This document shows positions 1 to 10,931 of a stretch of 64,000 nt of DNA, piece after piece. Below the pieces are notes generated by a model. It was not told the DNA's origin. It did not search any database and saw nothing but the letters and a program-made list of their open reading frames with translations. Origin of the DNA: Mycoplasmatota bacterium (GTDB lineage: Bacteria; Bacillota_I; Bacilli_A; Izemoplasmatales; Hujiaoplasmataceae); assembly GCA_023132365.1 (NCBI GenBank), contig JAGLYJ010000001.1, forward strand, positions 1,063 through 65,062, written 5' to 3'. The stretch's first letter is position 1, and every line of letters starts with the position of its first letter. A program made the position numbers and the translations under genes.

Positions 1-345
1 CAGCAGATAAAGAAATTAGCAAAGGAATTAGATTGTAAGGTAGAGTTTTTACAATCAAATCACGAAGGGATAATTGTTGATGTTATTGGTGCTTCTAAAG
101 GAAAAGTAGATGTGATTATTATTAATCCGGCAGCTTTTACCCATACCAGTGTGGCTATTCGGGATGCTGTGTCGGGAGTGAAAATTCCTACTATCGAGGT
201 TCATTTGTCCAATATTTACAGTCGGGAGGAATTCAGAGCCAAATCATTAATTGCTCCGGCAGTAAAGGGACAGATAAGCGGTTTTGGAGTAAACAGCTAT
301 TTATTAGCGCTTCGGGTAGCAGTAACTCTGATTAAAGAAAAATGA
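1..345 (+). CDS. aroQ: Type II 3-dehydroquinate dehydratase (5' truncated by window edge)
   Basis: Frame is open from base 1: FLQSNHEG...[18 protein letters not shown]...[14 protein letters not shown], the type II DHQase motifs. Confidence 0.95.
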   Translation, partial: QQIKKLAKELDCKVEFLQSNHEGIIVDVIGASKGKVDVIIINPAAFTHTSVAIRDAVSGVKIPTIEVHLSNIYSREEFRAKSLIAPAVKGQISGFGVNSYLLALRVAVTLIKEK

Positions 346-1391
346 AGATAAGAATTGAGTATTTAAGAAAAGTTTTACGAGAAAAGAAATTAGAGGCATT
401 TCTAATTCATAACCCCTCTAATTTCTTTTATTTTACCGGGATCAGGTTAGATGCTGGTTTTCTTTTAGTGACTTCTTCCCGGGCATTGATTTTTGTTCCG
501 GAATTGTTATTTACCGAAGCTAAGCGGCGGGTAAAAAATTTGGCAGTGGTAAATCTGAATAAGCAGAATAAAATAGCGGATTATATCCGTCGGAATAAGA
601 TAAAATCTTTGGGTGTAGAAAGTTCTATCAGTATAAATTCGTGGAGGCAGTTAAAAAGAGAACTTAAGGGAATTAATGTTGTTTTACAAAACAATCTTTC
701 TGAAAAGCTTCGTTTGAAAAAAGATAAAAAAGAAATAGCCCTGATTAAAAAAAGTGCTTGTATGGCGGTAAAAACCTGGCATCACATAAAAAGCTGGGTT
801 AGAAGCGGCAAAAAGGAATGGGAAATTTATAATGAGATTACCCGTTTTATAACAAAACAAGGTAAAGATTGGGGGATTTCCTTTGAGCCTATTGTTGCTT
901 CCGGCAAAGAAAATACTGTTTTTCCCCATTATCGGTTAAGAAAAAGAGAAGTCAAACAAAGAGATATAATCCTGGTTGATTTTGGGTGTGAATATTGCGG
1001 GTATAAAAGTGACTTGACAAGGATGATTTTTTTAGGTAGAATCAACAAATCTCATCAGCGTATATATGATTTATTGGGTGAGGCAAGGAATAGGGTTTTA
1101 GATAAGATAAGACCCGGGGTAAAATGTAGTGTTTTGGATAATACGGCAAGAGCAGTAATTAAAAAAGGCGGGTATGGTAAATTTTTTGTTCATGGGTTGG
1201 GACATGGTGTGGGTATAGATGTTCATGAATTGCCGTATTTAAATAACAAAAGTGAGGAAATTTTGGAAGAAGGAATGGTTTTTACCGTGGAGCCGGGAAT
1301 TTATGTTCCCGGGATAGGCGGGATGCGTATTGAGGATATGGTTTTGGTTACTAAAACAGGATGTAAAATACTTACGGAGGAGAAGGAATGA
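342..1391 (+). CDS. Xaa-Pro peptidase (M24B family, YqhT/PepQ-like)
   Basis: Creatinase-like N-domain; [29 protein letters not shown] and GMRIEDMV metal motifs; classic aroQ-pepQ-efp-accB order. Confidence 0.92.
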   Translation: MKIRIEYLRKVLREKKLEAFLIHNPSNFFYFTGIRLDAGFLLVTSSRALIFVPELLFTEAKRRVKNLAVVNLNKQNKIADYIRRNKIKSLGVESSISINSWRQLKRELKGINVVLQNNLSEKLRLKKDKKEIALIKKSACMAVKTWHHIKSWVRSGKKEWEIYNEITRFITKQGKDWGISFEPIVASGKENTVFPHYRLRKREVKQRDIILVDFGCEYCGYKSDLTRMIFLGRINKSHQRIYDLLGEARNRVLDKIRPGVKCSVLDNTARAVIKKGGYGKFFVHGLGHGVGIDVHELPYLNNKSEEILEEGMVFTVEPGIYVPGIGGMRIEDMVLVTKTGCKILTEEKE

Positions 1392-1945
1392 TTACTACAG
1401 CGGATTTTAGGAATGGAATGAATATTGTATTGAATAAACAACTTTTTAATATTGTCTGGTTTCAACACCATAAACCGGGTAAAGGAGGGGCGATAGTTAG
1501 GGTAAAATTAAAAAATATTAAAACCGGACAAATCCTGGAGAGAACTTTTCGGGCAGGGGAAAAAGTAGAGGATGCAAGATTAGAATCAAAAAAGAAAACT
1601 TTTTTGTATGCCACCAGGGACGAATATAATTTTATGGATATGGAGACTTATGAACAGTTTGTGCTTACCAAAGAACAGCTAAAAGATAAGGTGAATTTTT
1701 TGATAGAAAATATGGAGGTTTCCGTGTTGTGGTATAATGGGGAAGTAATTGGGATAGAATTGCCCATTACGGTAGATCTTAAGGTTGTTTATACAGAACC
1801 GGGTTTAAAAGGAAATACTGCTTCTTCTACTACTAAACCGGCGACGTTAGAAACGGAATTGGTAATACAGGTTCCTTTGTTTGTTAATATTGATGATGTT
1901 GTGCGGGTGGATACCCGTAATGGAGAGTATTTACAAAGAGTGTAA
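1388..1945 (+). CDS. efp: Elongation factor P
   Basis: HHKPGKGGA loop, KPATLETE...VPLFV, VDTRNGEY. Confidence 0.97.
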   Translation: MITTADFRNGMNIVLNKQLFNIVWFQHHKPGKGGAIVRVKLKNIKTGQILERTFRAGEKVEDARLESKKKTFLYATRDEYNFMDMETYEQFVLTKEQLKDKVNFLIENMEVSVLWYNGEVIGIELPITVDLKVVYTEPGLKGNTASSTTKPATLETELVIQVPLFVNIDDVVRVDTRNGEYLQRV

Positions 1946-1976
1946 TATTTTCGGCTAAGAAATAGTGGGAGGGAAA

Positions 1977-2474
1977 ATGGATTTAAAACAAATGGAAAGT
2001 TTTATTCAATTGCTGGATGAAACGGATATTGACGAACTTGTTTGGGAAAAAGATGGGACAAAAGTTGCTTTTAAGAAGGGAGAAGGACAGAATATTACTC
2101 TTAATCAAGGCAAAACCAAGACAGAAAAAAAGCAAATAATCAAAGAAGGCGTTACGGGAAAAGATGAGTTGGTAAAGAAAACCTCTTTTAAAGATGTTGA
2201 CAATGAGTATGTTACTATAAAATCTCCCATGGTGGGAACATTCCATATTATTTCTCCGGATAATGTTCCTTTGGTAAAAGAAGGGGATAATATTCAAGTG
2301 GGACAAAAAATTTATATTATTGAAGCAATGAAAATTTTAAAAGGAATTACTTCGGAAAAGAAGGGTAAAATAGTTAAAATTTTAATTGAGAATGGCCATG
2401 CGGTGGAGTACGGACAGAGTTTATTTTTAATAGATCCCCGTAAAATAAAGCAGCAGGAGGGCAAAGATGTTTAA
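1977..2474 (+). CDS. accB: Acetyl-CoA carboxylase biotin carboxyl carrier protein
   Basis: KSPMVGTF, EAMK biotinylation motif, VEYGQSLF; ATG at 1977 follows a GGGAGG RBS. Confidence 0.93.
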   Translation: MDLKQMESFIQLLDETDIDELVWEKDGTKVAFKKGEGQNITLNQGKTKTEKKQIIKEGVTGKDELVKKTSFKDVDNEYVTIKSPMVGTFHIISPDNVPLVKEGDNIQVGQKIYIIEAMKILKGITSEKKGKIVKILIENGHAVEYGQSLFLIDPRKIKQQEGKDV

Positions 2475-3828
2475 AAAAATATTAATTGCTAATCGGGGAG
2501 AAATAGCAGTTAGAATAATAAGAACGTGTAAGTATATGGGGATTGAAACCGTAGCTGTTTTTAGCGATGTAGATAAAGATAGCTTACATGTTCAATTAGC
2601 TGATGAATCAATATGTATTGGTGGAGCTAAAAGTTCTGATTCATACTTAAATATGGAAAATATTATTTCAGCGGCCATAGGCACAGGAGCAGAAGCTATT
2701 CATCCTGGATATGGTTTTTTAAGTGAAAATAGCGTTTTCGCTGAACTATGTCTAGAATGTGGCATTGCTTTTATAGGACCAAGGCCTAATGCTATAAAAA
2801 AAATGGGAAACAAATCTAAAGCAAGAGAATTAATGATTCAAGCAAGTATTCCAGTAGTTCCAGGAAGTAATGGAAGTGTTAAGAACCTTGAAGAAGCTAA
2901 AAAACTCGCATTGGAAATTGGATTCCCTATTTTAATTAAAGCTAGTGCTGGCGGTGGCGGTAGAGGAATGCGTGTTGCAAATGATTTGGGTGAGTTTATT
3001 ACTTCGTTTGAAACTGCAAAAATGGAAGCTAAGAATGCTTTTGATGATGATACTATGTATCTTGAAAAGTATATCTTGCATCCTAAACATATAGAATTTC
3101 AGATTTTAGCTGATAAATATGGTAATGTAATTCATCTTGGAGAACGCGATTGTTCAATTCAAAGAAGGAATCAGAAAGTTGTTGAAGAAGCACCCAGTCT
3201 TATCAGTAATGAACTTCGAAAACAAATGGGAGCTGCAGCTATCAAAATCTGCAAAAAAGTAAATTATGAAAATGCAGGTACTGTTGAATTTTTGGTGTCT
3301 GATAATGAGTTTTATTTTATAGAGATGAACACCAGAATTCAAGTTGAGCACCCAATAACAGAAATGATAACAGGTATAGATATTATTAAAGAACAAATCA
3401 AAATAGCTACTGGTGAAAAACTTAGCTATAAACAGTCAGATATATCATTTAATGGACATAGTATTGAATGTAGATTGAATGCTGAAAATCCAAAAAATAG
3501 CTTTAGACCATTTCCTGGTAAAGTAAATTTATTTCATATGCCATCTGGCATCGGAATAAGATTTGACAGTTTTATCTATAATGATTATGAAGTGCAACCT
3601 TACTATGATTCAATGATTGGAAAATTAATTGTTCATGGTGAAAATAGAAATGAAGCTATCAAGAAAATGCGTGCAACACTAGAAGAATTAGTGGTTGAAG
3701 GTATTTTTACTAATCAAAGTTTCTTGTATATGATTATGCATGACAATGATTATTCAAAAGGTAAATTTGATACTTCTTTTGTGGAAAAGAAATTGGATTC
3801 TTTACTGGAGTATGAAGAATATGAATAG
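2467..3828 (+). CDS. accC: Biotin carboxylase
   Basis: KILIANRGEIAVR, HPGYGFLSEN, GGGGRGMR, RDCSIQRRNQK, EMNTRIQVEHP, YYDSMIGKL. Confidence 0.97.
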   Translation: MFKKILIANRGEIAVRIIRTCKYMGIETVAVFSDVDKDSLHVQLADESICIGGAKSSDSYLNMENIISAAIGTGAEAIHPGYGFLSENSVFAELCLECGIAFIGPRPNAIKKMGNKSKARELMIQASIPVVPGSNGSVKNLEEAKKLALEIGFPILIKASAGGGGRGMRVANDLGEFITSFETAKMEAKNAFDDDTMYLEKYILHPKHIEFQILADKYGNVIHLGERDCSIQRRNQKVVEEAPSLISNELRKQMGAAAIKICKKVNYENAGTVEFLVSDNEFYFIEMNTRIQVEHPITEMITGIDIIKEQIKIATGEKLSYKQSDISFNGHSIECRLNAENPKNSFRPFPGKVNLFHMPSGIGIRFDSFIYNDYEVQPYYDSMIGKLIVHGENRNEAIKKMRATLEELVVEGIFTNQSFLYMIMHDNDYSKGKFDTSFVEKKLDSLLEYEEYE

Positions 3829-4705
3829 TATATCGAAAACTTTAAACAAGAGGAAAAAACTTAAAAAAAACTTAAAAAATAAAATAAGTGAAGGTACATA
3901 TAATAAAGTTAAGAACTTAGATGTTCCTAAAGGCTTATATGAGAAATGCCCTAGTTGTGATAAGACAATTAATATGAAAAAGAATATAGAAAATGATTAT
4001 ATATGTAATCACTGTGGTAATCATTTTCGCATGAGGGCTATTGATAGAATAAAATATATCATCGATGAAGATACTTTTGCAGAAAAAGGATTAGGATTTA
4101 TAACATTGAATCCTCTTTTTCAAGATGGATATGAAGAAAAATTAGCTAAATATAAAAAAGCAACTAATCTTGATGAAGCATATATATATGGGTTTGGTCA
4201 GATATTTGGACAACCATGTGTAATTGGTGTTATGGATAGTTATTTTTTGATGGGATCTATGGGTAGTGTTGTAGGTGAAAAAGTGACAAAAAGTTTTGAA
4301 TATGCTATATACAAGAAACTACCAATAGTTATATTTACTGCGTCAGGTGGAGCTAGAATGCAAGAGGGAATTTTTAGCTTGATGCAGATGGCTAAAACCA
4401 GTTCAGCTGTTGCTAGTCATAGTAATATGGGGCTTCTTTATATTAGTGTTTTAACTCACCCTACTACTGGAGGAGTAACTGCTAGTTTTGCTACTTTAGG
4501 TGATATTATTTTAGCTGAACCAAACGCATTAGTAGGTTTTGCTGGTCCAAGAGTAATAGAACAAACCATCAATCAAAAACTCCCTGAAGGCTTCCAAAGA
4601 TCAGAATTTTTGGAAGAAAAAGGTTTTGTTGATAAAGTAATTCATCGAAAAGATCTTAAACGCAGTCTAGCAAAACTTCTAGCCTTACATAGGAGGTCTT
4701 ATTAA
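3821..4705 (+). CDS. accD: ACC carboxyltransferase beta subunit
   Basis: CPSC..CNHC Zn ribbon, GSMGSVVGEK, SGGARMQEG, GFAGPRVIEQT; start probably 3821 (or 3812) rather than 3740. Confidence 0.96.
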   Translation: MNSISKTLNKRKKLKKNLKNKISEGTYNKVKNLDVPKGLYEKCPSCDKTINMKKNIENDYICNHCGNHFRMRAIDRIKYIIDEDTFAEKGLGFITLNPLFQDGYEEKLAKYKKATNLDEAYIYGFGQIFGQPCVIGVMDSYFLMGSMGSVVGEKVTKSFEYAIYKKLPIVIFTASGGARMQEGIFSLMQMAKTSSAVASHSNMGLLYISVLTHPTTGGVTASFATLGDIILAEPNALVGFAGPRVIEQTINQKLPEGFQRSEFLEEKGFVDKVIHRKDLKRSLAKLLALHRRSY

Positions 4706-5661
4706 TGGATATATTATCTAAAGAAAAAAAATTAGCTAAATTAGAAAAACAGATAAATGATTTGGGTGACAGCAAAGCTGTTGAAAAACTCAAGCTTGAA
4801 ATAGAAAGTTATAAAAAGAAAGAAATGACCAAATTAACAGCTTGGGACAGAGTCTTGTTAGCAAGGCATCAAAAACGTCCAACGGCCAAAGATTTTATTA
4901 ACTATATATCTCCAGATTTTATAGAACTTCATGGTGATAGATTATTTAGAGATGATAGAAGTATTATAGGTGGAATTGGAACAATTGATGGAATACCTTT
5001 TACAATAATTGCAACACAAAAGGGTAAAAATCTGGAAAATAATCTATTAAGAAATTTTGCAATGCCTCACCCAGAAGGGTACAGAAAAGCACTTCGGTTA
5101 ATGGAACAAGCAGAAAAATTTAAAAGACCAATACTAACTTTAATTGACACGCCAGGAGCTTATCCTGGAATTGGAGCTGAAGAAAGAGGGCAAGGGCATG
5201 CAATTGCCCAAAATCTCTTTAAAATGTCTCAACTTACTGTGCCAATCATTGCTGTAGTTATAGGTGAAGGTGGTAGTGGAGGAGCATTAGCACTTGGAGT
5301 AGCTAATAGAGTTCTGATGCTAGAAAATGCCATTTATTCAATTCTTAGCCCAGAAGGCTACGCATCGATTCTTTGGAAGGATTCGACCTTAGCACCTAAA
5401 GCTGCAGAAATAATGAAATTAACTGCTCTTGATTTGAAGGATTTTGAGATTATTGATGAAATAATCAAAGAACCACTAGGAGGAGCGCATTACAATAAAA
5501 CTGAAACATTTAAAAATACAAAAATAGCTATAATGGCTGAATTTCATAAATTGAGAAGACTTAGCGGTACAGAACTCCATTATCGTAAGATAACCAAGTT
5601 TCGAAATTTTGGATTTTTACAGCGGTTTAATTATGAAAATCTTGGAGGAATAAAAAGATGA
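4705..5661 (+). CDS. accA: ACC carboxyltransferase alpha subunit
   Basis: ELHGDRLF, PEGYRKALR, IDTPGAYPG, GEGGSGGALA, IIKEPLGGAH. Confidence 0.96.
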   Translation: MDILSKEKKLAKLEKQINDLGDSKAVEKLKLEIESYKKKEMTKLTAWDRVLLARHQKRPTAKDFINYISPDFIELHGDRLFRDDRSIIGGIGTIDGIPFTIIATQKGKNLENNLLRNFAMPHPEGYRKALRLMEQAEKFKRPILTLIDTPGAYPGIGAEERGQGHAIAQNLFKMSQLTVPIIAVVIGEGGSGGALALGVANRVLMLENAIYSILSPEGYASILWKDSTLAPKAAEIMKLTALDLKDFEIIDEIIKEPLGGAHYNKTETFKNTKIAIMAEFHKLRRLSGTELHYRKITKFRNFGFLQRFNYENLGGIKR

Positions 5662-6626
5662 TTTTTACTGAAATATTAGGAACAGGAAGTTATACACCAA
5701 AAAAAGTTTTGAAGAATGATGATTTAAGCGAATTTGTTGAAACTAACAATGAATGGATATATTCTAGAACAGGTATTGAAGAAAGACATATATCAACCGG
5801 AGAATCAACATTAGATTTAGCTTATGAAGCTTCAACGAGAGCAATTTCAGCTGCCAAGATTAATAAGAATGAAATTGATTTAATAATTGTTGCTACAGTT
5901 ACATCTGATTATGCATTTCCTGGAGTGGCTAATTTATTACAAGCCAAGCTAGATATTAAAGGAATAACTGCATTTGACATTAACGCAGCTTGTAGTGGAT
6001 TCATATATGCACTTCAGATAGTAGATAAAATGATTAAAGGCGGAGGATTCAAAAAAGCCTTAATAGTCGGTTCCGAAACACTTACTAGATTAACTGATTG
6101 GTCAGATAGAAATACTTGTGTACTATTTGGTGATGGTGCTGGAGCTATGATAATTGGTGAAAGTAAGGAAAACAAAATAGTTGATATTATAACTGGTTCT
6201 CAAGGGGATGTTGATATGTTGTTATATTGTAAAAACCCCGAACTTAAAGACCCAATTATTAATCATATAAGCAGGCAAGATCATATTCATATGAAAGGCG
6301 CTGAAGTATTTAAATTTGCAACTAGAATTATGCCTTATACCGTTACTTCTTTGATGGAAAGAAATAACATAACTAAAGATGATTTAAATTGCATTATTGC
6401 ACATCAAGCTAATAAAAGAATTATTGATAAATCTGCTAAAGATTTAAAAATTGATATGGAGAAGATGTATTTAAATATAAATAAATATGGAAACACATCA
6501 GCTGCAAGTGTACCAATTGCTATCGATGAAGCCGTAAAAACAGGTTTCCTGAAAAAGGGAGATAAATTTATTACTGTTGCATTTGGTGGAGGATTAACTT
6601 GGGGCGGAGCATATATAGAATTCTAG
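5658..6626 (+). CDS. fabH: Beta-ketoacyl-ACP synthase III
   Basis: AACSGF, FGDGAGA, AHQAN, YGNTSAAS (Cys-His-Asn triad), FGGGLTWG. Confidence 0.96.
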   Translation: MIFTEILGTGSYTPKKVLKNDDLSEFVETNNEWIYSRTGIEERHISTGESTLDLAYEASTRAISAAKINKNEIDLIIVATVTSDYAFPGVANLLQAKLDIKGITAFDINAACSGFIYALQIVDKMIKGGGFKKALIVGSETLTRLTDWSDRNTCVLFGDGAGAMIIGESKENKIVDIITGSQGDVDMLLYCKNPELKDPIINHISRQDHIHMKGAEVFKFATRIMPYTVTSLMERNNITKDDLNCIIAHQANKRIIDKSAKDLKIDMEKMYLNINKYGNTSAASVPIAIDEAVKTGFLKKGDKFITVAFGGGLTWGGAYIEF

Positions 6627-6635
6627 GAGGATATT

Positions 6636-7562
6636 ATGGATTTAAGAGATTTGTTAGGGATAAAGTATCCCATTATTCAAGGTGGAATGGCCAATATAGC
6701 AACACATAAACTAGCAGCTGCTGTTAGTAATGCGGGTGGTTTAGGATTAATTGGAGCTGGAGGCTGGGATGTTGACAGAGTAAGGCAAGAGATTAGAAAA
6801 ACTAAAGAGTTGACGGATAAACCTTTTGGAGTAAACATAATGCTCATGAGTCCTCATGCAAAAGATATTAGTGATTTAGTTATTGAAGAAAATATAAAAA
6901 TTATAACTACGGGAGCCGGTAATCCAGGTATATACATGAAGAAATGGAAAGATGCTGGTATTATTGTTATTCCTGTTGTTCCAAGTGTAGCATATGCAAG
7001 AAGACTTGAAAGATCTGGAGCTGATGCTCTAGTTGTTGAAGGCACAGAAGCGGGCGGACATATTGGTGAGATATCAACAATAAATTTAGTCCCTCAAGTT
7101 GTTGACGCAGTTAACATACCGGTGATAGCTGCTGGTGGTATTGCCGACAGTAGAGGGCTTGATGCAGTTTTTGTTTTAGGAGCCAAGGGAGTTCAAATAG
7201 GAACTGTTTTATTAGCTAGCGAAGAGTGCCCAGTTCATGAAAATTACAAGAATAAAATTTTGAAAGCTAAAGACACAGATACTGTTGTCACTGGTAGACA
7301 CACTGGTGCACCAGTAAGAGTACTGAAAAATAGAATGGCAAGAGAATATTTGAATCTAACCAAATATGGAAATGCAAGCCTTGAAGATTTAGAGAAACTA
7401 ACCTTAGGCTCTCTAAGAAAAGCTGTATTAGACGGAGATTTAGATGGCGGTAGTTTTATGGCTGGACAATCGGCTGGATTAGTCAAAGAAATCAGAACTT
7501 GTAAAGAAATACTAAAAGATATCTTTGAAAATAGTTTAGTATATAAAGGAATAATAAAATGA
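6636..7562 (+). CDS. fabK: Enoyl-ACP reductase II (FabK)
   Basis: PIIQGGM, EGTEAGGHIG, AAGGIAD, FMAGQSAG; lies within the fab cluster. Confidence 0.92.
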   Translation: MDLRDLLGIKYPIIQGGMANIATHKLAAAVSNAGGLGLIGAGGWDVDRVRQEIRKTKELTDKPFGVNIMLMSPHAKDISDLVIEENIKIITTGAGNPGIYMKKWKDAGIIVIPVVPSVAYARRLERSGADALVVEGTEAGGHIGEISTINLVPQVVDAVNIPVIAAGGIADSRGLDAVFVLGAKGVQIGTVLLASEECPVHENYKNKILKAKDTDTVVTGRHTGAPVRVLKNRMAREYLNLTKYGNASLEDLEKLTLGSLRKAVLDGDLDGGSFMAGQSAGLVKEIRTCKEILKDIFENSLVYKGIIK

Positions 7563-8476
7563 AAGTAGCCTTTATGTTTTCTGGCCAGGGATCACAATAT
7601 TTAGGAATGGGAAAAGAATTATATGATTCTTATGAAACTGTAAAAGAAATTTTTGAAAGAGCAAACAAAATTCTTGATTATGATATTAAAAAAGTAATGT
7701 TTAAAGATACAGACAAACTTAATAATACTTTGTATACTCAGACAGCCTTATTCGTTCTGTATCAAGCCATTTTAAAAGTGTTAGATAATAACAATATAAA
7801 AGCTGAATATAGCATAGGTCTTAGTTTAGGCGAATATGGAGCGTATTTACATAACAATGTTTTTGATTTCGAATTAGGCTTGAAGATTATTGAAAAACGC
7901 GGATTATATATGAATAGGGCAGCTTCAAGCAACCCTGGATTAATGAGTGCAATTATTGGAATGGAAGCTAATGTTCTAGAAGATTTAATAGGAGATGTAG
8001 CTGGTTATGTAAAAATTGCTAACTATAATACCTATGGTCAACTTGTTATAAGCGGCGAAGAAGAAGCGGTTAAAGAATTGAATCAATTGGCACTAGATAA
8101 TAAAGCAAGAAGAGCTATACTTCTAAATACTAGTGGAGCATTCCATTCGGATTTAATGAAGGATGCAAGTATTGAATTCGAAAAATATTTAGAAAATATA
8201 AATCTAGAACAACCTGATAAAAAATTATTACTTAATGTAACTGGAGATTTTTATCAAGGAAATATTAAAAAAGCAATGATAGATCAAATAACAAATAGTG
8301 TTTTGTTCTATCAAATGATTGAAAAACTAATTGATGATGGAGTAGATACCTTTATTGAAATTGGTCCAAAAAGCACTTTGTGTAGTTTTGTAAAAAAAAT
8401 TAATAAGAATCTTAGAATCTTAAATGTTGAGAATCTTAAGACGTTAGAATCTACTTTATCTAGAATGGGAGAATAA
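7559..8476 (+). CDS. fabD: Malonyl-CoA:ACP transacylase
   Basis: FSGQGSQYLGMG, GLSLGEY, SGAFHS, EIGP. Confidence 0.96.
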   Translation: MKVAFMFSGQGSQYLGMGKELYDSYETVKEIFERANKILDYDIKKVMFKDTDKLNNTLYTQTALFVLYQAILKVLDNNNIKAEYSIGLSLGEYGAYLHNNVFDFELGLKIIEKRGLYMNRAASSNPGLMSAIIGMEANVLEDLIGDVAGYVKIANYNTYGQLVISGEEEAVKELNQLALDNKARRAILLNTSGAFHSDLMKDASIEFEKYLENINLEQPDKKLLLNVTGDFYQGNIKKAMIDQITNSVLFYQMIEKLIDDGVDTFIEIGPKSTLCSFVKKINKNLRILNVENLKTLESTLSRMGE

Positions 8477-8477
8477 T

Positions 8478-9221
8478 ATGTATTCATTTAAAGACAAAAC
8501 AGTATTAGTTACTGGCGGCAGCAGAGGTATTGGAAAAGCAATATGTGAAAAATTTGCTAAACTTGGTGCTAATGTTGTAATAAATTATGTAAAATCTATT
8601 GAAGCTGCTAATGAAACAGCTAAGCAGTTAATGGATTCAGGATCTGAAGTATTAGTTGTTCAAGCTGATATATCTAAATTTAACGAGAGCAAAAACCTAG
8701 TTGAAAAAGCTATAGAGCGATTTGGTAAAATTGATATTTTAATTAATAATTCGGGTATTACAAAAGATAATCTTATGTTAAGAATGTCAGAAGAAGATTT
8801 TGATCAAGTTATTGATGTAAATTTAAAAGGAACTTGGAATATGTGTAAAAATCTTACAAGGCATTTCTTAAAGAATAAATCGGGTTCTATAATAAATATT
8901 ACTAGTGTAGTTGGGTTAACTGGTAATCCTGGACAATCAAACTATGTTGCCTCTAAAGCTGGAATTATTGGATTGACAAAAACTCTAGCAAAGGAATTTG
9001 GAAGCAGAAATATAAGGGTAAATGCAGTGGCGCCTGGATTTATAGAGACAGAAATGACAGAGATGCTATCTGATGATATTAAAGATCTATATAAGAAACA
9101 AATACCTTTAAATAAATTAGGTAAAACAATAGATGTAGCTAATGCTTGTGCATTTCTTGCTAGTAGTGAAGCTGAATATATTTCAGGACAAGTGATTAGT
9201 GTAAATGGCGGAATGGTTTAG
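8478..9221 (+). CDS. fabG: 3-oxoacyl-ACP reductase
   Basis: TGGSRGIG, NNSGITKD, YVASK, VNAVAPGFI SDR motifs. Confidence 0.96.
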   Translation: MYSFKDKTVLVTGGSRGIGKAICEKFAKLGANVVINYVKSIEAANETAKQLMDSGSEVLVVQADISKFNESKNLVEKAIERFGKIDILINNSGITKDNLMLRMSEEDFDQVIDVNLKGTWNMCKNLTRHFLKNKSGSIINITSVVGLTGNPGQSNYVASKAGIIGLTKTLAKEFGSRNIRVNAVAPGFIETEMTEMLSDDIKDLYKKQIPLNKLGKTIDVANACAFLASSEAEYISGQVISVNGGMV

Positions 9222-9231
9222 GAGACATATT

Positions 9232-10473
9232 ATGAAAAGAAGAGTTGTAGTAACTGGATTAGGTGCAATTACACCAATCGGGAATGATGTTAAAACATCA
9301 TGGACTAATGCAAAAAATGGAGTAAATGGAATAGATTTCATTAAGAGTTATGACGCTAGTGAATATGATGTACAAATCGCCGGTGAAATAAAAGGGTTTG
9401 ATTTTGAAAACTATTTTGATAGAAAACAATTAAAGAGAATGGATAGATTTTGTCAGTTAGCCTTAATAGCATCAAAGGAAGCAGTTGAGGATAGCAATAT
9501 TAATTTTAAAGAAATTGATTCGACAAGAGCTGGTGTATATTATGCAAGTGGAATTGGTGGGTTAAAAACAATAGCTGCTCAAGAAGATAGAGCAAGAGAT
9601 AAAGGATATAATCGCTTAAGCCCTTACTTTATTCCAAGTGCAATTATTAATATGGCAGCAGGAAATATTGCTATAGAACACGGAATAAAGGGAATAGCGA
9701 TTAGTGCTGTTTCAGCATGTGCTAGTGCAGCTAATAGTATTGGTGATGGATTTAGAGCTATTAGAGATGGTTATTTAGAATTAGTTATTTCAGGCGGTTC
9801 CGAAGCACCAGTTATACCTTTAGGAATAGCCGGATTTACAGTTATGCAAGCATTAAATAAAACAAACAACCCTAATTTTGCTAGTATTCCATTTGATGAA
9901 TCAAGAACTGGATTTGTTATGGGAGAAGGTGCTGCAAGTATTATTTTGGAAGAATATGAGCACGCTAAAAAAAGAGGTGCTAAAATTTATGCTGAAATAG
10001 TAGGTTATGGAGCAACTTGTGATGCAGTACACGTTACTAGTCCTGATTCTGAAGGAATTGGAGCTAAGAATTGTATGTTATTAGCTATAAGCGATGGTGG
10101 ATTAAAACCAGAAGATGTAGATTATATTAATGCACACGGAACATCTACTCCACTTAATGATACTGTAGAAACTTTAGCAATAAAAAAAGCATTTGGAGAT
10201 CATGCTTATGATTTAAATGTTTCTAGTACAAAATCTATGACAGGGCATTTATTGGGAGCTAGTGGAGCAATTGAATCAATATTCACTTTAATGAGTACTT
10301 TTGATGACTTTATTCCACCAACAATTAATACAAAGAACTTAGATCCATTATGTGATTTAAACTATACACTTGGCAAAGGAATTAAGAAAGAAGTTAATGT
10401 AGCTATTACAAACAGCCTTGGATTTGGTGGTCACAATGCAACAGTTGTTTTCAAAAAATACAGAGGAGAATAA
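9232..10473 (+). CDS. fabF: Beta-ketoacyl-ACP synthase II
   Basis: [40 protein letters not shown]; ATG at 9232 after AGGAG. Confidence 0.96.
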   Translation: MKRRVVVTGLGAITPIGNDVKTSWTNAKNGVNGIDFIKSYDASEYDVQIAGEIKGFDFENYFDRKQLKRMDRFCQLALIASKEAVEDSNINFKEIDSTRAGVYYASGIGGLKTIAAQEDRARDKGYNRLSPYFIPSAIINMAAGNIAIEHGIKGIAISAVSACASAANSIGDGFRAIRDGYLELVISGGSEAPVIPLGIAGFTVMQALNKTNNPNFASIPFDESRTGFVMGEGAASIILEEYEHAKKRGAKIYAEIVGYGATCDAVHVTSPDSEGIGAKNCMLLAISDGGLKPEDVDYINAHGTSTPLNDTVETLAIKKAFGDHAYDLNVSSTKSMTGHLLGASGAIESIFTLMSTFDDFIPPTINTKNLDPLCDLNYTLGKGIKKEVNVAITNSLGFGGHNATVVFKKYRGE

Positions 10474-10475
10474 TA

Positions 10476-10904
10476 ATGATATTAAATAGTAATCAAATTC
10501 AAGAGATAATACCTCATAGATACCCATTTTTATTAATTGACCGTGTAATTGAGTTAGAACCAGGAATATCAGCTGTAGCTCTAAAAAATGTTTCTGCTAA
10601 TGACGGTTTCTTTCACGGACACTTTCCTAATCAACATATAATGCCAGGTGTGTTAATTGTTGAAGCTTTAGCACAAACCGGTGCAGTAATAATTTTGTCA
10701 GTTGAAGAAAATAAAGGTAAGTTGGCATATTTTGCTGGTATAGATAAATGTAAATTCAAAAGAAAAGTAATCCCGGGAGATACTCTTAGATTAGAAGCCA
10801 AAGTAATTAATCAAAGAAATGGTATTGGAGTAGCTGAAGCCGTGGCTACTGTCAACGGTGAAATTGCTTGTAAAACAATAATTAAATTTGCTATTGGAAA
10901 ATAA
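10476..10904 (+). CDS. fabZ: 3-hydroxyacyl-ACP dehydratase
   Basis: [32 protein letters not shown]. Confidence 0.96.
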   Translation: MILNSNQIQEIIPHRYPFLLIDRVIELEPGISAVALKNVSANDGFFHGHFPNQHIMPGVLIVEALAQTGAVIILSVEENKGKLAYFAGIDKCKFKRKVIPGDTLRLEAKVINQRNGIGVAEAVATVNGEIACKTIIKFAIGK

Positions 10905-10931
10905 AAAGTTGGAATTTTATCCAACTTTTTC
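10903..10931. terminator. Bidirectional intrinsic terminator between fabZ and the convergent gene
   Basis: AAAAAGTTGGA-attta-TCCAACTTTTT-type inverted repeat with A/T tails. Confidence 0.7.
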
